Shown: positions 57,695 to 64,000 of the stretch, piece by piece
Layout of the letters: every line of letters begins with the position of its first letter
Numbering within the stretch: the stretch's first letter is position 1
NCBI GenBank assembly: GCA_964016885.1
Contig: OZ024751.1
Coordinates: 32,984,001-33,048,000 of the forward strand
Reading direction: 5' to 3'
DNA: 64,000 bases
DNA from: Eledone cirrhosa
Lineage: Eukaryota
Translations under genes and position numbers: made by a program
The notes under the pieces: model-generated
Told to the model about the DNA's origin: nothing
Seen by the model: only the letters and a program-made list of their open reading frames with translations
The model's database searches: none

Positions 57695-58346
57695 TCATTA
57701 TCCCCATCTACATTATCCTCCTAATCTTCATTAGCAACATATTCATCATCTACACAACCATCTTGTTCATTTTTAACTATCATCATTTCTATCATCGCAT
57801 TCATCATCATCATCATCGTATAGATCATCATCACTGCCATCACCACTATCGCCTACTTGTAGTGTGTCCGAAGGGTGTGGGTAGGTCAACAAATCAATCT
57901 AGCCCCCCCTCCCTCCCCCCGACTATGTTAGAAAAGCTCGTTGTTATCATAACAGCCACTAGCAATAGAATATATTGAGTTTTCACATTGACACAAGTTG
58001 AAGGGGGTCAGGCTGACCAGGTTTCTACAATTATCCCACCTCTCTCATCAACAGACCGTTAGCCACATGTCCACATATGACGTATCATATGACTAAGGCT
58101 AACCAATGAAAATACAACGATTCCAGGCAACTTAATTTCCTGATTTTCCAACATTATCTGAATAGATTCTTGAGGTTTGAGTCGCCTGAAGGATGGCAAC
58201 TCAACGAGAAACTCTGAGTAGAGTTGGTCGTGATGGAGAGAAGCACCGACCAACTATAGAAAATCGACATGGTGATACTTTCACTATATTTGTCTATGGT
58301 TTCTACTTCTAAAACCACACACGCACAAAAATACATACATACATAT

Positions 58347-58393
<47 letters not shown>

Positions 58394-58396
58394 CAT

Positions 58397-58471
<75 letters not shown>

Positions 58472-59120
58472 CATATATAAATATATAGATATATATACAT
58501 AATTGTCTGCGGGTTGTACATCTAAAACCACACATGAACAAATATACATCTATATATATATGTGTGTGTGTGTGCGTGTGTGTGTCGTGTCTTTATATAT
58601 ATATGTATGTATATATGTGTGGAGATGTGGGGGTTGTATGTGCATGTGTGTGTATATATATATATATATATATACATTTGTACACACTCATACACACACA
58701 CATATATCAAATGACATTAATATAGCTGCGGAAAACACACGAGCAGACAGACGTACAAAGAATAGTAATAGACAGATACAGACATACACAAACACATACA
58801 CACACACATACACACAAACGCACATACACATATATATATATATATATATACATATATATACATATGTGTAGTGCCATACCTATACATACATACTTATACA
58901 TTCGCACAATGCTTCCGCAGATATACGCACGCCCATACATACACACATAATTTCACACACACATATACTTCACACACATACTTCACACACACATACACAC
59001 ACACACACGTCTTTTACTCTCCCCCTTATCAGTATCCAAATCTCCAACAAAGAATATTAAAGTTGACATTCGTTAAATTAACAAACCATACGGCTTTCTA
59101 ATTCTTGTTTCATTCGGGTC

Positions 59121-59548
59121 ACCACCTCCACCTTCTCCACATCTACCATATCAACACCACCACCACCACCTTCTCCACATCTACCATATCAACACCACCA
59201 CCACCACCTTCTCCACATCTACCATATCAACACCACCACCTCCACCTTCTCCACATCTACCATATCAACACCACCACCTCCACCTTCTCCACATCTACCA
59301 TATCAACACCACCACCTCCACCTTCTCCACATCTACCATATCAACACCACCACCACCACCTTCTCCACATCTACCATATCAACACCACCACCACCACCTT
59401 CTCCACATCTACCATATCAACACCACCACCACCACCTTCTCCACATCTACCATATCAACACCACCACCACCACCTTCTCCACATCTACCATATCAACACC
59501 ACCACCTCCACCTTCTCCACATCTACCATATCAACACCACCACCACCA
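59121..59548. repeat. 38-bp minisatellite x11, followed by a (CCA)n-like tract to ~59750
   Basis: ccttctccacatctaccatatcaacaccaccacc(a/t)cca with starts at 59131 + 38n. Confidence 0.97.
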
Positions 59549-60442
59549 CCAGCACCACCACCACCAGCACCACCACCACCACCACCACCAACACCACCAT
59601 CAGCACCACCAGTACCACCACCAGCACCAGCAACACCACCACCATCACCACTACTAGCAACACCACCACCACTGCCACCACCAGTACCAGCACCACAACT
59701 GCCACCACCAGCACCAGCACCATCACCACCGCCACCACCACCACCACCATTTATTTAAGACCCCATTATGTTTTCAGTGTTTGTTTTCATTTATTCGTTA
59801 ATGTCAGCAACGAAAATGTTTTAGTGGTTTCCCCTTCAACCCCCACCCTACACCACTCCATCTATTCACCCACACAGCTCCTTTGCCTCACTCCTCCCTA
59901 CACGCCCCCTTAACCTCACAGCCCCCCACATCACACCCGTATTTTCCTATTCCCACTCAACTTTAACAAATATCTATCATTACTTAGTAAAGGTGACTAG
60001 TTAAACTCGTGTAACAAATATCTAACTATATGGACTAGATCAACCGTTTCCTCCTCATACCGACCCCCATTGAGGGCTCTTCTTCTGTCGACGTACTGCA
60101 GTTTTCTGCACACCCCCACTCTCACCCCCACCCCGGAAAAATCGGGAAGAGTGCATCCTACTTGAAGTAACTCCGTGAGGTGATGTGGGTGATGCAGTAG
60201 GTATTGCTTCCACCTTTCTGTCTGCGGGATGCAACTAAGTCGAACCATATACAACTGTGGTCTTGTGTCTCCCCGCTTTCCATTAGGTTTCCTTTAAATA
60301 TTTTCCTGGTTCTTTTGTTATTCAATCTTTGTGTCTTGAATGAAACGCAGATGGATAGTAAACGTCTTTCGTTTATTCCTAATAAATTCTACAATGTACT
60401 TTGTACATTTAGTTTGATATTTTACTTTCATTAATTATTATT

Positions 60443-60637
60443 GTAGATTGGCAGTAACGGTAGAAGGTCGGATGCCATGATTTGCAGCATAGAGTTACGG
60501 CTCTTTACAGTCTGAGTTCAATTCCTGCCGAGGTCAACTTTGCCTTTCATCTTTACGGGGTCGATAAAATAAAGTACCAGTAATGCACGGAGTAATTGCT
60601 GGCCTTGTGCCAAATGTAGAAGCAATTAATTATTATT
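60443..60637 (+). mobile_element. SINE with TSD
   Basis: attaattattatt at 60430-60442 and 60625-60637. Confidence 0.9.
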
Positions 60638-61622
60638 TGTTTTAGTTTCTTTATATTTAAGGACTCTGTGCCAGAATAAATATCAAACTACCGTATACAG
60701 TATTCCTTCTTCGTATCTCTAAAAAATTATCAGTTGGGCGTTGGAGCACAACCAGAGATTCTTGTCTTTATAAATCTTGGGATGTAGGGAATATGACAGA
60801 AGCCAAAGCCGGTAATCTTCCTTGGTTATTTCAAAATTAATGATGTTACGGTTTGGAACCTGAAAACCTTTCCAGGGTAAAGCAGTCTTTTACTTATTTT
60901 CAAACCATTCCTGTTTCGAAACTAATGTTTCTAGAATTTAAACAAATCCGGGAGGGGAGCAGCACAAGACAGTCCTATAAAAAAGCGGTTGATCACAATC
61001 TTCACTGTCTTGAAACCATAACGATGCTAGAATCTTCTGGGAACAATGTAGCTTTAGATATTCTCTAGAGAGGACATTCTTAGCTGTCTAGTAACCATTA
61101 CTTTACTAAAATTCTGCCTTATCAGGGTGAGGGTAGGCATTCCGAAATATTCTCTAAGGAGCAGAGTTGTAGCTGCATCAAACCTATAATAATGCTAGAA
61201 TCCCATTTAGGAGGGGGCAATCCTACATATTTTCCATAGACCACATCCCTTATACAGTCGAAAATATAATGAGGGTATTAGTATTTTGATGATGCCTGTC
61301 GTATTTAGTAATATTCTTGGAATTTTTAACCGAATACTTATTCCAACATTGGGGTAGATATTTCTCATTCAATTGTCCATTCCTGGAATATTCTTGTATA
61401 TATTAGTTATATGTGTGGTCATTGTTCCCGTTAATGTAGTCGGGAGGTGAGTTATACTATGTGATGGAGATCAGGAACTTTAAACATAACTTCTCTCGTC
61501 TTTATTTCCGTCATATATTCATCAGACGGGACATTAGCATAGTTATGATCAGTCTCCATCGAGTATAAAGTGAAGTCCTTAACATTATGAGAATCAGTTC
61601 AAATCAGTTCGATTAGTGTATA

Positions 61623-61688
<66 letters not shown>

Positions 61689-62491
61689 TTTTGAGTGTTT
61701 TAATTTCACCGTAACATAAATGAAATATATACACATATATATATATAAAATGGAAAACGAAGAATAAGTGATGCATCGGAACACAATTTATTACGTATTA
61801 CAATTGTTTCTTCGGCGAACAGCTCGAGGTGCGATCTCTTTGTGGATCGAACCTGACTCTGGATTCGCAAGTTCCTCGGATACGTCTAGTGATTTCGGAC
61901 CCCCACAAAATTATATATATGGGGCACCCAAAAGACAGTAGTCACTAGAACATTTCAAAATATAATAATGTTTATATTTATTAAATATTCACATTTTAAT
62001 AGATAAAAGGGTTTTATCCTGGACTATTACGTAAGGATGGTATTTGAAAGAGAAGTGAATCATCACCCTCACAACATTAGAGCATTTCACAAGTCCGCCA
62101 TAACCAACATATTATCCAGTATTGATAGATGTTCTCTGATTCAGGCATGCTAACCTTTCAGAACTTGTATTGAATCAGTTATAGAAGCTAACGGGGGATT
62201 TATTGAATACATATCAGAAATATATTGTAAATAAAATATGTACCGATTTGTAACCAAATATAGCATTTCTTTGATGTGTTAAACGTCTTTTTTTATACAG
62301 TCTTTAACATTTATTTCCTCGTTATCATCCTTTAACCACATATCTACATATGTACCAGTATTTTATGTTCTTTTATTTCGCTTGCACCGTCTCTATTGTG
62401 TTTTCTATATAATTTTATCCTTCTGTTATTACTATCCTTTTACTGACTGTGTAGTGAAATTATAAATAAAATATATATGATATATGATATA

Positions 62492-62553
<62 letters not shown>

Positions 62554-62816
62554 TATATATATATATTTATATATATATTATATATATATATATAATATAT
62601 ATATATGATATATATATATATATAATATATATATATAAATATATATATATATGATATATATATATATAAATATATATATATATATGATATATATATATAT
62701 GATATATATATATATATATATGATATATATATATATGATATATATATATATATAAATATATATATATATGATATATATATATATATATAATATATATATA
62801 TAAATATATATATATA

Positions 62817-62853
<37 letters not shown>

Positions 62854-62914
62854 TATATATATATGATATATATATATATATATATATGATATATATATAA
62901 ATATATATATATAT

Positions 62915-62945
<31 letters not shown>

Positions 62946-63058
62946 GTATATATATAAATATATATATATATATGATATATATATATATATATATGATATA
63001 TATATATATATATGATATATATATATGATATATATATATATATAAATATATATATATA

Positions 63059-63118
<60 letters not shown>

Positions 63119-63715
63119 CAATATTGCTATCACATATTTCTCGCAGTTATAATGCTCCAAAAGAAACAATATTATATTTCCATCAGATGCTACATTTATA
63201 CCAAATACAATATTTATATAATATTTATCACACACACACACTCACACATACAAACATACATATATATATATATATGTATACACATACAAGGTTTCTACTA
63301 CATACAATAGATATCTATCACATATATTTCTGACTCCTCTCGTAGAGAACTCCGATTTTTAATCTTGTTAACATTATAACTAAAATTTATTACTTCCCAA
63401 AGACTGCGGGTATTTTTGTTAACATTATAACTAAATGATTATTCATGTTTACGTTATAAATACAATTTATTACTTTCAGGTATCTCTGTGTACAAAATGC
63501 AATAAGTTTATTGATATCCCTACTTTAAATTCCAAATATTTCAATATTTTTGCTTCTGTTGAAGTAATTTGAAAATTATTTGCTACCGTAGAAATTACAT
63601 GCTTCAAAGATTTTACAATTTCGATAAATCATGAAGCAAACTTATTATTAGAATATCGAGAGTTGGTGTGCGTGCGTGTCTGTGTGTGTGCGTGTGCGTG
63701 TGCGTGTGCGTGTGT

Positions 63716-63816
<101 letters not shown>

Positions 63817-64000
63817 AGACTTCAAATTTACTGCTGAAACGAAATAAAGAGAAAAGCAACCAATATATAAAAAATACATTTTATTTTTGTTCTTCCTTAA
63901 TACATCAAAGCGACATGTTTATGATGTAGATAAAATAAGTAAGAAAATATTGTTTGAGATAATTCTTGATGAATACTAAGTTTAGTGTTGAAGAAAGAGA

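Noticed and set aside
56263-57978. 571-aa Pro/Ser/Phe-rich ORF and overlapping minus-strand ORFs
   Set aside because: Translation of the CCTT/CCAC satellite, which lacks stop codons by composition.
59105-59758. 217-aa proline-rich, extensin/formin-like ORF
   Set aside because: The 38-bp unit is not a multiple of 3, so the peptide cycles through frames; this is a minisatellite artefact.
60000-60300. GC-richer unique segment as possible miRNA or exon
   Set aside because: No convincing hairpin, known mature sequence, or splice-bounded frame.

Overview
AT-rich, microsatellite-saturated eukaryotic non-coding DNA. The repeat landscape (tRNA-headed SINEs with a Nin-type central domain, RTE-clade LINE debris, very long (TA)n tracts) resembles an octopus/coleoid cephalopod genome; this is inference, not a database match. 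No host protein-coding exon can be supported, and nearly all listed ORFs are translations of simple repeats. The one real reading frame is a young, 5'-truncated RTE-type LINE (34272-35105, minus) with a 13-bp TSD. About 17 young SINE copies are present, several with TSDs and three as tandem doublets. The most interesting signal is a set of short ORF-less insertions in or beside (TA)n tracts. They carry minimal type-I hammerhead ribozyme motifs (clearest at 9081-9150 minus, 30177-30253 minus and 30338-30414 plus) and are often built as copy-specific fold-back palindromes, three of which appear to hinge on hammerhead stem II. Their 3' tails share an ACTC...GAGT stem-loop. They are best read as terminal fragments of several Penelope-like element families, with a fold-back/template-switch insertion mechanism visible in the sequence.
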